From Pseudomonas phage sp. 30-2, in the sequence record LC727697.1: a DNA stretch of 64,000 bases; one strand, written 5' to 3'. Shown here piece after piece: positions 29,238 through 38,912 of this stretch. The notes beneath the pieces were generated by a model. It did not search any database. It was given only the letters and a program-made list of their open reading frames with translations, and was not told the origin of the DNA. The position numbers were made by a program, and so were the translations under genes. Every line of letters starts with the position of its first letter. Position 1 is the stretch's first letter.

Positions 29238-29664
29238 AAAGATAGCTGTGGGGACTCTTTTTATTTCATGCAAAACTAATAGAATTCTATATAATTTGCG
29301 TGCAGAGCACAAGACATATAGTCTTACATGGAGTTTATGGGGAGGTATGTTAGAAAATAACGAATTACCGAAGGATGGACTTCTAAGAGAACTTCAAGAA
29401 GAAATGGGTTTTGTACCCAATATAGATAAAATTTATCCGTTTGATATTTACGAAAGTAAAGATAAAAATTTTAGATATTACAGTTTTGTTTGTGTTGTAG
29501 AAGACGAATTCATTCCTATACTTAATTCGGAATCGTCAGGATATGCTTGGGTTTCATTGGGTACTTGGCCGAATCCTATGCACTATGGTGCAAAGCAAAG
29601 TTTTAAATCTGCTAAAAGTATCGATAAACTTAAATTAATATTGTCAAACCATAAAGAAGTATAA
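29173..29664 (+). CDS. NUDIX hydrolase (start uncertain: ATG at 29116 or 29173 overlapping the upstream gene, or GTG at 29248)
   Basis: Nudix box GGMLENNELPKDGLLRELQEEMGF (GX5EX7REUXEEXGU). Confidence 0.6.
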   Translation: MDTQGIIKQDIGASITSAQLAKKIAVGTLFISCKTNRILYNLRAEHKTYSLTWSLWGGMLENNELPKDGLLRELQEEMGFVPNIDKIYPFDIYESKDKNFRYYSFVCVVEDEFIPILNSESSGYAWVSLGTWPNPMHYGAKQSFKSAKSIDKLKLILSNHKEV

Positions 29665-29666
29665 AA

Positions 29667-30275
29667 ATGGTACACAATGAAGTAACTAATTTAATTGAAT
29701 TTAAATATAAAAAATATTTAAACATATATAATAAAACCGGTATAATAAACAAAGAATTATATAATAATAAAGGTATTAATTCTAATATAAAAAATCTTTG
29801 CACAAAAGAATTATATAAAAAATTAGAATTAGATATAGCAACTAAAATTGCGTTAAATTATTATAACGAAACTATAAAATTCGATTCAGAATTATGTACA
29901 TTATATAACACGCTAGAAACAGAAACATCTAAATATAAATACCCTGCCATACTTGCTAATTATAAAAAGAATATAAATCCCGTTTATAGTATACATCAAG
30001 AGTTACAGGCAGCATTGTTGTCTGATTTAGTTACTCTAAAAACATCGTGGATTATATCCACATTCTATACAGAATATTTTTTATTATCTGTAATTTCAGA
30101 TATAAACTGCGATTTAAATAAAATATGTGTTTTTAAATCAAAATATAATAAAGATTACAAATATTTTAATAAAAATATAAAAGAATTAAATAAAATAAGA
30201 GATAAACTAGAATACTGCTTAAATGATTTTAGCTTAATGCTATTAGGAATTTCAGAAAAAAGGGACTTAGGTTAG
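29667..30275 (+). CDS. hypothetical Lys/Asn-rich protein, 202 aa
   Basis: ATG start 3 nt after the NUDIX stop. Confidence 0.4.
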   Translation: MVHNEVTNLIEFKYKKYLNIYNKTGIINKELYNNKGINSNIKNLCTKELYKKLELDIATKIALNYYNETIKFDSELCTLYNTLETETSKYKYPAILANYKKNINPVYSIHQELQAALLSDLVTLKTSWIISTFYTEYFLLSVISDINCDLNKICVFKSKYNKDYKYFNKNIKELNKIRDKLEYCLNDFSLMLLGISEKRDLG

Positions 30276-30286
30276 TCCCTTTTTTT
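30256..30286. terminator. bidirectional terminator AAAAAGGGACTTAGGTTAGTCCCTTTTTTT
   Basis: Hairpin containing the stop codons of both convergent genes (30275 plus, 30272 minus). Confidence 0.6.
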
Positions 30287-33200
30287 GTAAGAAAGTTGTT
30301 GTTTTAATTCTTCTATTTCTTTAGAAAGTTCATTAACTGCACTAACTAACAGTGCAATTATTCCATTATGGTTTACAGTTTTTATACCGTCTACTTCTCT
30401 TACACTTTCAGGTTGTATCGTTTCAACTTCCTGCGCAATAATACCGGTTTGTTTTTCGTTATTACAATCATTTCTAGTATAGGTATATCCTGAAATTTTG
30501 CTAAGAAGTTCTACTGGATTTTTAATAGGCTGTATATTATCTTTTAATTTTATATCAGATGTATTAAAAACAGCATTTCCTGTTACCGACAATGCACCAG
30601 ATATAGTTGTATTTCCCGTTATAGTATTTCCGTTATTAGAAATATTCGATAAACCTACTTGAGCAGGAGTATGTGTATGTGATATATTAGCTTTTGTCGT
30701 TGCTAAGTCATATGCAGTTTTTACCGAATTAGGTGTAGCAGCAGTAGATATAGATGTACTGGCAACTGAATCTAACAGAGTTACTATACCATATACAGTA
30801 GTCGAGGCAAACGGTAATCTAGCATTCGCAATAACACCAGACGTAATATTAGATGCATCATGGGTGTGAGAAACATTAGCTTTTGTCGTTGCCAAATCAT
30901 ATGCAGTTTTCACTGAATTAGGCGTAGCAGCAGTAGTTGTAGATGTGCTGGCAACACCGTCAGTAAGCTGAACTATACCTTGTGCAGTAGTAGACGAAAC
31001 CGGAAGTCTGGCTACAGCAATAGTACCAGTAGTAATATTAGATGCATCATGAGTATGTGATATATTAGCTTTTGTCGTTGCTAAGTCATATGCAGTTTTT
31101 ACCGAATTAGGTGTAGCGGCAGTAGTTGTAGATGTGCTAGCAACACCATCTGTTAACTGTAAAATACCTTGTGCTGTTGTGCTTCCAACTGGCAGTCTAG
31201 CATTCGCAATAACACCAGACGTAATATTAGATGCATCATGTGTATGTGATGCAGCAGCATACCATGTATCAGTTAATGTTCTATTAACCGACAACGTAAT
31301 ATTACTAGATAAATTTCCTCCGCCAGATAGACCAGTTCCTGCAGATACTGTTCTACTAACAGGTACAGCATTAGTAATATTAGATACATCCAATATGCCG
31401 TTTGTCCATTTATTTGTAGACGCATTCCATATTAAAGTATTCCCAGCAGCAGGCGTTGTAACAGCAGCATCTTCTAGATTAGATAGTGTTGCTGAACCAG
31501 CAGAAGCTACAGTAGATTTACCAGATATAACTGATATATCTATCGTAGTAGCATATGTTACTTGAGTTCCAGCGGCGTTCCATCTAAGATATCCTAATGG
31601 CACAGATGTGCTTGCAGTATCACTTAACCCAACTAGTTGATAATTAGCAGAAGTTGGTTGACCTGTTAAATCGGAATAAGCAAGTCTAGTGTTTACCCAT
31701 TTAGATGAAGTAGTATCGTATCGCAATGTATTACTAGCGCCAGGTGACGATATAGTTACATCACTAAGAAAACTTAGAGCCCCTTGTCCTGCTTTAGCAA
31801 CAGAAGATAACCCAGTTAACTGTGCATAATCTATAGTGGATTGATATACTATCTGTGTTCCGGTGGGATTCCATCGTAAATAACCACCCGAAAGTGCAGT
31901 ATCATTAGTATCATTTAACCCAATAAAACTATACGAATTGTTAGTAGGGGTATTAGAAAGATCAGTATATGATAATACTTGGTTTACCCAATCAGTTCCG
32001 TTATATCTTAGTACATTACCGGAGCTAGCAGTTCCTATACTAACATCTGTTAAATAATCTAACGATCCTTGTCCTGCTTTAGCTACATCAGACAATCCAG
32101 TTAACTGTGCATAATCTATAGTGGTTTCATATACTAACTGTGTTCCTGCTGCATTCCATCTTACATATCCGTTATTAACAACTGTATTATTTGTATCATT
32201 TAATCCAATAAAACTATACGAATTGTTAGTAGGAGTATTTTGAATGTCGGAGTAATTAATTAGTCTATTAACCCAAGAGGTTCCATTATAAAATAATGCC
32301 TGTGTATTAGATAATGATGATAACGTTACATCACTAAGAAAACTTAGAGCCCCTTGTCCTGCTTTAGCTACATCAGACAATCCAGTTAACTGTGCATAAT
32401 CTATAGTGGTTTCATATACTAACTGTGTTCCTGCTGCATTCCATCTTACATATCCTCTCGGGACAGATACACCAGTTACATCCGTTAATCGTATAAACGA
32501 ATATGGTAAATTTCTCCATTGCGATGTAGAAGAATCGTACTGTAGTATATTTTTATTAGCCGGAGAAGAAATTGTTACATCAGTAAGTCTATCTAAATAA
32601 ATATCACCGTCGAGTGCAGCAGTTATGCTATCATTTACATATTTTTTTGTAGAAGCATCGTTGTCAGCAACTGGTTGCCCTAAGTTAATTATTCTAGGAT
32701 TTTGTGGTAATTTTTCAGAAAGAATAGGGTTATAATTAAGATCCCAAGATTTTTGCACTTCATTCCAAACTAATCCAGCAGAAGGCAATTTACCTTGGCC
32801 GGGTTCACCGTGACTATTAGTTTCGCCTACGGGAATTCCACGCTGGACTTCAAAGCCAGAATATGTTGCAGTGACACCCGGACCTACGTCATCTGTATTC
32901 ACAACCATGATGTTGTCGGAAATAGTTACTTGTCCAGGTGTAGTCCCTGAGCTGCTACCTACTACAGTTAAGTTGCCATGTAATGTAACATTCCCGTGAA
33001 TGAGCATTGCATCTAGAGAATCTCTGTTTACTGTAACTAAACCGTTTACTACCATGTCGTTGTTAAAGGTAGATGTTTGTCCTACTAGCAATTCATATCC
33101 AACTTCTAATGATCCATCAAATTTAGACTGATCACCTGTTACTCTAAGCCCACCTATTGTAGACCATTCAGTTGCATACATAGGATGAGTAACAACTAAT

Positions 33201-33298
33201 TGCTGATCATCATTTACTTGCAAATATACTATATTATTAGAAGTTTGCCCAACACTAGATAGGATATATTGATCCGTGAATTTAATTTTACTCGACAT
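30272..33298 (-). CDS. long tail fibre/spike with internal tandem repeats and a C-terminal intramolecular chaperone (peptidase S74-like) domain, 1008 aa
   Basis: C-terminal TSDIKLKDNIQPIKNPVELLSKISGYTYTR...GIIAQEVETIQPESV matches the endosialidase/T5 pb1 chaperone domain (S..K dyad, GxIAQEV). About 4.5 copies of a ~96-aa repeat (YETTIDYAQLTGLSDVAKAGQG...) and 3 copies of a ~50-aa repeat (TAATPNSVKTAYDLATTKANISHTHDASNIT...). Confidence 0.75.
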   Translation of the reverse strand: MSSKIKFTDQYILSSVGQTSNNIVYLQVNDDQQLVVTHPMYATEWSTIGGLRVTGDQSKFDGSLEVGYELLVGQTSTFNNDMVVNGLVTVNRDSLDAMLIHGNVTLHGNLTVVGSSSGTTPGQVTISDNIMVVNTDDVGPGVTATYSGFEVQRGIPVGETNSHGEPGQGKLPSAGLVWNEVQKSWDLNYNPILSEKLPQNPRIINLGQPVADNDASTKKYVNDSITAALDGDIYLDRLTDVTISSPANKNILQYDSSTSQWRNLPYSFIRLTDVTGVSVPRGYVRWNAAGTQLVYETTIDYAQLTGLSDVAKAGQGALSFLSDVTLSSLSNTQALFYNGTSWVNRLINYSDIQNTPTNNSYSFIGLNDTNNTVVNNGYVRWNAAGTQLVYETTIDYAQLTGLSDVAKAGQGSLDYLTDVSIGTASSGNVLRYNGTDWVNQVLSYTDLSNTPTNNSYSFIGLNDTNDTALSGGYLRWNPTGTQIVYQSTIDYAQLTGLSSVAKAGQGALSFLSDVTISSPGASNTLRYDTTSSKWVNTRLAYSDLTGQPTSANYQLVGLSDTASTSVPLGYLRWNAAGTQVTYATTIDISVISGKSTVASAGSATLSNLEDAAVTTPAAGNTLIWNASTNKWTNGILDVSNITNAVPVSRTVSAGTGLSGGGNLSSNITLSVNRTLTDTWYAAASHTHDASNITSGVIANARLPVGSTTAQGILQLTDGVASTSTTTAATPNSVKTAYDLATTKANISHTHDASNITTGTIAVARLPVSSTTAQGIVQLTDGVASTSTTTAATPNSVKTAYDLATTKANVSHTHDASNITSGVIANARLPFASTTVYGIVTLLDSVASTSISTAATPNSVKTAYDLATTKANISHTHTPAQVGLSNISNNGNTITGNTTISGALSVTGNAVFNTSDIKLKDNIQPIKNPVELLSKISGYTYTRNDCNNEKQTGIIAQEVETIQPESVREVDGIKTVNHNGIIALLVSAVNELSKEIEELKQQLSYKKRD
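30690..31165 (-). repeat. three tandem ~150-bp repeats inside the fibre gene
   Basis: Near-identical DNA blocks such as agctaagtcatatgcagtttttaccgaattaggtgtagc at about 30695, 30890 and 31080. Confidence 0.6.
31230..32510 (-). repeat. about 4.5 tandem ~288-bp repeats inside the fibre gene
   Basis: Recurring tccagttaactgtgcataatctatagtgg at about 31811, 32097 and 32383, and acatcactaagaaaacttagagccccttgtcctgctttagc at about 31760 and 32330. Confidence 0.6.
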
Positions 33299-33322
33299 AC
33301 ACCTTATTCCTTAAGATGCATA

Positions 33323-33330
33323 TATTTATC
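33323..33330 (-). promoter_or_regulatory. late-promoter-like motif GATAAATA upstream of the long fibre gene
   Basis: tatttatc on the plus strand, 24 nt upstream of the ATG at 33298. Confidence 0.4.
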
Positions 33331-33339
33331 AATAAAAAA

Positions 33340-33364
33340 GGAGCATAATGCTCCTTTTTTATTT
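33340..33364 (-). terminator. terminator AAAAAAGGAGCATAATGCTCCTTTTTT
   Basis: Palindrome just downstream of the 33359 stop. Confidence 0.55.
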
Positions 33365-33664
33365 TATATACTTACCTAAATATGAATCATAATTATATAA
33401 TATAGATTCGGGACTATCGTCTATCCAAATATCTATATCTATGCCAAGATTTTCCATATACGTTCTTTTAGCATGTTGACTTGTAAAGTATACCTTATAT
33501 CCTTTATCTATTAAAAATTGAAGATCTTCTGGATAGCAGGTAGGATTACGGTAAGTAACAATAACAACCCTGTATCCAATATGCTCAAGTGCAAGTAATA
33601 CAGATAACCATCCGTTATCATCTTGTGATATAGTGTCATCATAATCCACGCCTATTGTTTTCAT
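33359..33664 (-). CDS. small HAD-superfamily phosphatase-like protein, 101 aa
   Basis: Motif I IGVDYDDTIS (DxDxT) and an acidic motif IWIDDSPE. Confidence 0.4.
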   Translation of the reverse strand: MKTIGVDYDDTISQDDNGWLSVLLALEHIGYRVVIVTYRNPTCYPEDLQFLIDKGYKVYFTSQHAKRTYMENLGIDIDIWIDDSPESILYNYDSYLGKYIK

Positions 33665-33674
33665 ATATACACCG

Positions 33675-34373
33675 TTAAGATAATTCTATATAATATACAA
33701 AGTTATCTTTGTTTTTATCTCTCATTGTATTCATATAAAATGAATACCTATGATTACCATCAATCAATTTATTTCCCTTTAGCACACCCATTATCATATC
33801 ATCATATACATCTAAATGATAGGTATGCTGAGGTTCCATACTTTTATATGCAATAGTAGGAACTATATCGTTTATACATACTTTTTTAATAGCCAAGTTT
33901 TTACACTCAGAAATTATAGGAGCAATATACCCGTATTCTAACATTAAAACATAATGTAGTTTTTCTATATCGGTTTTTAATGAAATCATCGTTAAAATAT
34001 CATCCATTGCATTTTGTTCATTTTCATGGATTATGTCACCTATTTCATCACCGTAATAACCACGTTCGACAGTTACATAATATAGTGAACCGTCTAAAAT
34101 TTTATGTTTTGTTATGATTCTTTCTACACAATATTGCTCTATTTGACTATACATATATCTAACACATCTAGGTGTTCCGTTTAAATCGGGTTTATTTACT
34201 AACACCTCGACCATATCATACACTTTATAGTTATTGATAGATACTACTACAGGGGATGTTATTACAGAACATCTGCATATGCCGCTTTCTATACAATCGT
34301 TATTACAATTATGTTGCAGTTCGTAATCTAAATTTGCATAGTATCTGCCATAAAATGTAATGAATGTATCCAT
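33675..34373 (-). CDS. Cys-rich domain protein fused to a ParB/Srx-like nuclease domain, 232 aa
   Basis: NCNNDCIESGICRCS and YYGDEIGDIIHENEQ are shared with the upstream paralog. C-terminal KLIDGNHRYSF is a ParB-like DGxHR motif. Confidence 0.45.
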   Translation of the reverse strand: MDTFITFYGRYYANLDYELQHNCNNDCIESGICRCSVITSPVVVSINNYKVYDMVEVLVNKPDLNGTPRCVRYMYSQIEQYCVERIITKHKILDGSLYYVTVERGYYGDEIGDIIHENEQNAMDDILTMISLKTDIEKLHYVLMLEYGYIAPIISECKNLAIKKVCINDIVPTIAYKSMEPQHTYHLDVYDDMIMGVLKGNKLIDGNHRYSFYMNTMRDKNKDNFVYYIELS

Positions 34374-34374
34374 A

Positions 34375-34839
34375 TTATTCCCAAGTTTTAGATAATAAAT
34401 ACACCAATCTGTCTTCTTCGTCAGGTCTGTTTAAAATGTCAATCATGGCAGATTTTAACAAGCCCTGTTTATCGTGTACTAGATCTCCGCCTTCTTCACC
34501 ATAGTACCCCGATTCGATATCAAAATAAAAAGAATCTAGTGTATAACCGATAAAATGCATTATTTTTGCAAAATATTTTCTATCAGATTCAGTGATTTCA
34601 TAGTAACTATGTTTGTAATCATCATATTTTCCATTATATCCTACTCGTCTCCATACAGACATTTTAGTTGGAAAAATATATTCGGGATTATCTGGTATAC
34701 CATTTAGATCTGTATCTTCAAAATGTCCACAACGACATATACCTTCGTCATAACATCCACTATTTTCGCAATTATTTATGTATTTTATGTCCGAATCGTA
34801 TCCTACAAACTCAAAACGTATATCAACTATGTCTGACAC
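34375..34839 (-). CDS. Cys-rich domain protein, paralog of 33675-34373 lacking the ParB-like part, 154 aa
   Basis: NCENSGCYDEGICRCGHF, DLNGIPDNPE, YYGEEGGDLVHDKQG. Confidence 0.45.
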   Translation of the reverse strand: MSDIVDIRFEFVGYDSDIKYINNCENSGCYDEGICRCGHFEDTDLNGIPDNPEYIFPTKMSVWRRVGYNGKYDDYKHSYYEITESDRKYFAKIMHFIGYTLDSFYFDIESGYYGEEGGDLVHDKQGLLKSAMIDILNRPDEEDRLVYLLSKTWE

Positions 34840-34890
34840 TAAAAACCCCTTTTATTTTTAAAGTATAACACAACTCTGTATTTTAAAAAC

Positions 34891-36468
34891 TTATATTTTG
34901 TTTTCCCACACCCATTTGGTATTACCACAATCATATAGTCGTCTAAATCCACGCTCTTCCATTATCTGGTGTTCTGACTTATTTGAATTAAAACCATGTT
35001 CTATTAATTTCTTTTTAGTATAATTAGTCCTATGATATACTTTACAAAAATCCGGACTTACATACCAATATCCTATGTTTATTTTAGGTTCTTGTTTGAA
35101 TCCTAATATACGGTAAACATTGCCTGTATTCCATTCATTTTGTGAATATGAAACTATAGAATTAGGAATATTATTCTTTACAAAATGAGAAAACAATTTA
35201 GATGCACCGCCTAGTACTGAACAAGATGTTGCATATCTAAGCAATTCGTAGTCGTATCTGTTATTTCCCGAAATGTTTCTGTTAGATGATTTTATAAAAC
35301 TCATTAATGCAACTAATACATCATTAAAATACAATCCGTATTTTATAGATGACGGAACATAACCTTGTATATGCGTTTTATTCAAAAATTCTTTTTCTTC
35401 TGCAGAAGGCACATCTTTAATAATACATTTTCTAGCATATACTGTTTCTTGTATATAGCCTAATTTATGGAGTAATCTGTTTTCTATTATAGTTTTTTTA
35501 GAGTTATACAAATGTCCATATATAGTAATTAACGATATTCCCTTTTCTTTACAACCTATATATTTGTCATAATGATACGTTTTGGTTATGTGCGGTAAAC
35601 GATCGTTATCTATTACATGCCAATAAAGTCCATTATATTCTATTGCAAGATTTTTTTCAGGAAGGTATATATCTAAACTTTTTCCAGAATCTAATATTTT
35701 TCTAGATCCAGTTATTATTTCGCCAGAATAATGTTGTCTTATAAAATTAAATAATTCTTGTTCTTGTGTTGAATTGCATACTGTCAATTCTGGCATACAT
35801 ATTGCACACGTCGGTATACTACTATATCTAACCTTAGACATAAAAGTGTTATTACAAGTTCCACATTTTATACAATATGTTTCTGCCATACCTTTATATT
35901 CATGTTCTTGTATAGTAAAAGATAAGTTATTTTCTTTTAGTTTTTCCGATATTTTAGAATACCATTTATTACCATTAAAATTTTTGTTACCGTATTTTAT
36001 TGACTTAGTGTGCTTTATCTTAGACGTTACTTTGTCTACATTTTGTTTATTTTCGTAAAATTTTGCATGATTTTGTAGAGCAATAGCAGATTGCCCGGTA
36101 TTTGATACTCCGTATTTTTTTAGATTAGTTTTCTCACGCTTTTTCTTTGATATTTCTTTATTTTCTATCTTTTTTGATTGCACTAAGTTATTAGATACAC
36201 TTTCTTTACAACACTTGCACGAGGATGCAGTACCACAAAATCTAAACCCATCGTTTATTGAATTAAATTTTTTTGTGTTTCCGTATTTGCATTCTTCTTT
36301 TTCGCCAGTTATAGCAGTATACACTTTAGCAGCATACACAGTATTAGAGGGATTAGTGCAGTGTTGTTCTACAAATTCTGCTAATTTTAAATCTTTTTTA
36401 ATCAAAACACTGAAATGCTTTGGTTTACTTTTTATCAATTCTTTTATTTGTATTATTAAGTCTGACAT
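34891..36468 (-). CDS. free-standing homing-endonuclease-like protein, paralog of 599-2215, 525 aa
   Basis: LAIEYNGLYWHVIDNDRL...KEKGISLITIY (Vsr/DUF559-like core). Shared C-terminal blocks YARKCIIKDV...FLNKTHIQG and GFRRLYDCGNTKWVWENK. Cys-rich N-terminus. Confidence 0.55.
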   Translation of the reverse strand: MSDLIIQIKELIKSKPKHFSVLIKKDLKLAEFVEQHCTNPSNTVYAAKVYTAITGEKEECKYGNTKKFNSINDGFRFCGTASSCKCCKESVSNNLVQSKKIENKEISKKKREKTNLKKYGVSNTGQSAIALQNHAKFYENKQNVDKVTSKIKHTKSIKYGNKNFNGNKWYSKISEKLKENNLSFTIQEHEYKGMAETYCIKCGTCNNTFMSKVRYSSIPTCAICMPELTVCNSTQEQELFNFIRQHYSGEIITGSRKILDSGKSLDIYLPEKNLAIEYNGLYWHVIDNDRLPHITKTYHYDKYIGCKEKGISLITIYGHLYNSKKTIIENRLLHKLGYIQETVYARKCIIKDVPSAEEKEFLNKTHIQGYVPSSIKYGLYFNDVLVALMSFIKSSNRNISGNNRYDYELLRYATSCSVLGGASKLFSHFVKNNIPNSIVSYSQNEWNTGNVYRILGFKQEPKINIGYWYVSPDFCKVYHRTNYTKKKLIEHGFNSNKSEHQIMEERGFRRLYDCGNTKWVWENKI

Positions 36469-36520
36469 ATATAAAATAGTTTTTTATAATACTAACAAAT
36501 TATTTTTTTCTAGTCAATAA

Positions 36521-36553
36521 AAAAGTGTAGTATTTCTACTACACTTTTTTTGG
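36521..36553 (-). terminator. terminator AAAAAAGTGTAGTATTTCTACTACACTTTTTTT
   Basis: Hairpin downstream of the MCP stop at 36587. Confidence 0.55.
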
Positions 36554-36586
36554 TATTCTTCGAATAACAAGTTATACTTGTTATTA

Positions 36587-37774
36587 TTAGAAGAATTTAA
36601 GAGTGGATGCATCTATAGCAATCGAACTTAGATAGTCAGCACCGTTACCCAGCGAGTTAGCAGTATTGGTGAGTTCTAAGTAACCGTATCTGGACATAAA
36701 TGATACTACAGGCTCGAAAGTAGTAGGATCAATTACCGGACCAGTGCTCATTAACGGAATATACGGGCAGAAGAATGCAGCAGCATCAGTTTCGGTCGAA
36801 CCTTTATAACCGATTAAAACTTTTTCATCTTCGGCAGCATAAGTATCTACATAAATGCGCATAGTTCCGTTTAAGGTACCTGCAAATTTAACGTTAGTAG
36901 GCGCTTCAAATACACCTTCAGTAGTACGAGCAAAAGTCGAAGTAGTTGCAGACTGTAGAACAGTTAGTGCGTTAGGCGAAATAACAGCCCAGTTAGCAGC
37001 GCCGCGACGAGTACGAGCAGCAACTAAGTTAGCCTGTTGGTTGATCATTACAGCTAATGCAGCATGTTCATCACCAACATAAGTAGCAGTACCAGATACA
37101 GCAGCTTGGTTATAAGTTACAGGAGCCGGACCAGCTAAAATACGTAGACGATTTAGCATTTCTTGGTCGATTTCGACGGTAATTTCTTGAGCTAAAGCTT
37201 GCATGATTTCAGCTTCTATATCTATACCGTGAAGAGCGTTAGCATCCTGTGCAGATTCGAAGGTCCAGCGAGCGCTTAGACGACGAGTACGTGCTTCTAC
37301 GGTTTCTTTTAGAATTTGAATGTTCATGCGATTACCAGCAAAACCTTCCATACGAGAAGTGTTGGCAGCGCCTGGAACTGGGTTAGTGCTGTTGTTTAAA
37401 GCTTCGTTACCAGAATATGCTTTTGCAATATCGAACGGGCTTAGTGCTTCAGTGCCAGCTTGAACACCAGATGCAGTATCAGCATAACGAACACGTAGGG
37501 TATGTATCTGACCTACGGGACCAGTCATAGGCTGTACACCCATAATTTCGTTAGCAATAACGGAAGGCATAACACGACGGATTAGGGGTAGCATTACTTT
37601 GTTGATAGTAGCTATGTTACCGGCTTGAGTAGCACCGGCGGAAGCATTTTCAACTAAGAAACGCTTAGTGTTTTCCATTACTGCGTCCATGGTCGACTTA
37701 CGTTGACCTTTTAGACCTTCAGTGAGGGCGCTTTTAGTAGCAGCCCAGTTGCTTTCAAATAGACGATTAGACAT
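36587..37774 (-). CDS. gp23: major capsid protein (gp23-like, short 395-aa form)
   Basis: IANEIMGVQPMTGPVGQIHTLR, ARTRRLSARWTFESAQDANALHG and FAGTLNGTMRIYVDTYAAEDEKVLIGYKGSTETDAAAFFCPYIPL align with T4 gp23 blocks. Confidence 0.85.
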   Translation of the reverse strand: MSNRLFESNWAATKSALTEGLKGQRKSTMDAVMENTKRFLVENASAGATQAGNIATINKVMLPLIRRVMPSVIANEIMGVQPMTGPVGQIHTLRVRYADTASGVQAGTEALSPFDIAKAYSGNEALNNSTNPVPGAANTSRMEGFAGNRMNIQILKETVEARTRRLSARWTFESAQDANALHGIDIEAEIMQALAQEITVEIDQEMLNRLRILAGPAPVTYNQAAVSGTATYVGDEHAALAVMINQQANLVAARTRRGAANWAVISPNALTVLQSATTSTFARTTEGVFEAPTNVKFAGTLNGTMRIYVDTYAAEDEKVLIGYKGSTETDAAAFFCPYIPLMSTGPVIDPTTFEPVVSFMSRYGYLELTNTANSLGNGADYLSSIAIDASTLKFF

Positions 37775-37793
37775 TTTTAAGTTATTCTCCTAA

Positions 37794-38900
37794 TTACTTA
37801 ATGCCTGCCAGGCGTCTTAATTCTTCAACGCCTACAGATGAGTCATCTTGCTGGGCAACGCTAGACGCCCTGTTACCAGTTTTTACAGCTCTTGCTGACT
37901 CAGTTAGAGCTTCTTTTTTACTTGCCGGTGCTGCACTACAATCTAGCACTGCTGGCAAATATTTGTTATATGCAACTTTTAAATGTTCTGTTTTTACAGA
38001 CTCTAAAAGATCTTGCATTACGCTACGCTTTTCTTTATTTAGCGGAGCTAACAATTCAGACATTACAGAGCTACGTTTAACACGCTCTTCTAATACAGAA
38101 ATGCGAGTGCGTAGATTTTCTGCAAGTGCTTCACGTTCTTCTACATGAGATAAAGCTTCATTAAGGGCTTCTTCTTTTTGTATAAGAATATTTTTGAGTT
38201 TCTTAAGTTCACTACCTTCGTTTAGATGCGAAGTCATGTACTCTGCAGCAAAAGCTTCAAATAAACGACGTCCAAAGTCATTTCGACGAGCAGCATCAAT
38301 ATCTTCTTTATATTGCTTTATTTCTTCTTGCAATACGCTATTAATGTTTGTGTCTACTATTTGCGACGCTTTCTTTATGAACTGCTTTTTAGTTTCTGCT
38401 AATTGTTTTTTTGCTTCACTTATTAATTTAACTTTCTGACGAACTAATGCTTGCTTTTCTTCCCGAAGCTCTTTAACTTCGGTTGCAAGATTAGTGAGTG
38501 CAAACTCTTCTAGTTTCTCTAGATTGCCTTTAATTGCACGGCGATCTTCACGAAGTTCTTTGACTTCTTTAGAAACTGCATCTATTAAGAACTTATCGAG
38601 CATTTCGATATGTTCTTTTACTTGCATTTTAGCTTGAACTCGTTCGGCAGCTAGTTCTCGTTTGTCTTGAGCAAATTCTTCGATTTCACTGCGGATTTTT
38701 TCTTCTAAGAATTTGTCCATTGCTTCGACAAGTTGTTCTTTGTCGTGTGCAAACTTACGAGCAAATTCTTCACGAAGCTCAGCAGTGAGTTCTTCTTTTA
38801 CTTGTCCTATACGAGCTTCCCATGCTTCTGTAATAGCAGATTTTACTTCTGCACTTAAAGAAGTTTGTTCGTTTAGGATATGTTCGAACTTCACTGTCAT
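37794..38900 (-). CDS. prohead scaffold protein (gp22-like), 368 aa
   Basis: Highly charged E/K/R-rich coiled coil. Position between the protease and MCP. GGAG RBS. Confidence 0.6.
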   Translation of the reverse strand: MTVKFEHILNEQTSLSAEVKSAITEAWEARIGQVKEELTAELREEFARKFAHDKEQLVEAMDKFLEEKIRSEIEEFAQDKRELAAERVQAKMQVKEHIEMLDKFLIDAVSKEVKELREDRRAIKGNLEKLEEFALTNLATEVKELREEKQALVRQKVKLISEAKKQLAETKKQFIKKASQIVDTNINSVLQEEIKQYKEDIDAARRNDFGRRLFEAFAAEYMTSHLNEGSELKKLKNILIQKEEALNEALSHVEEREALAENLRTRISVLEERVKRSSVMSELLAPLNKEKRSVMQDLLESVKTEHLKVAYNKYLPAVLDCSAAPASKKEALTESARAVKTGNRASSVAQQDDSSVGVEELRRLAGIK

Positions 38901-38912
38901 TTAAATCTCCTA

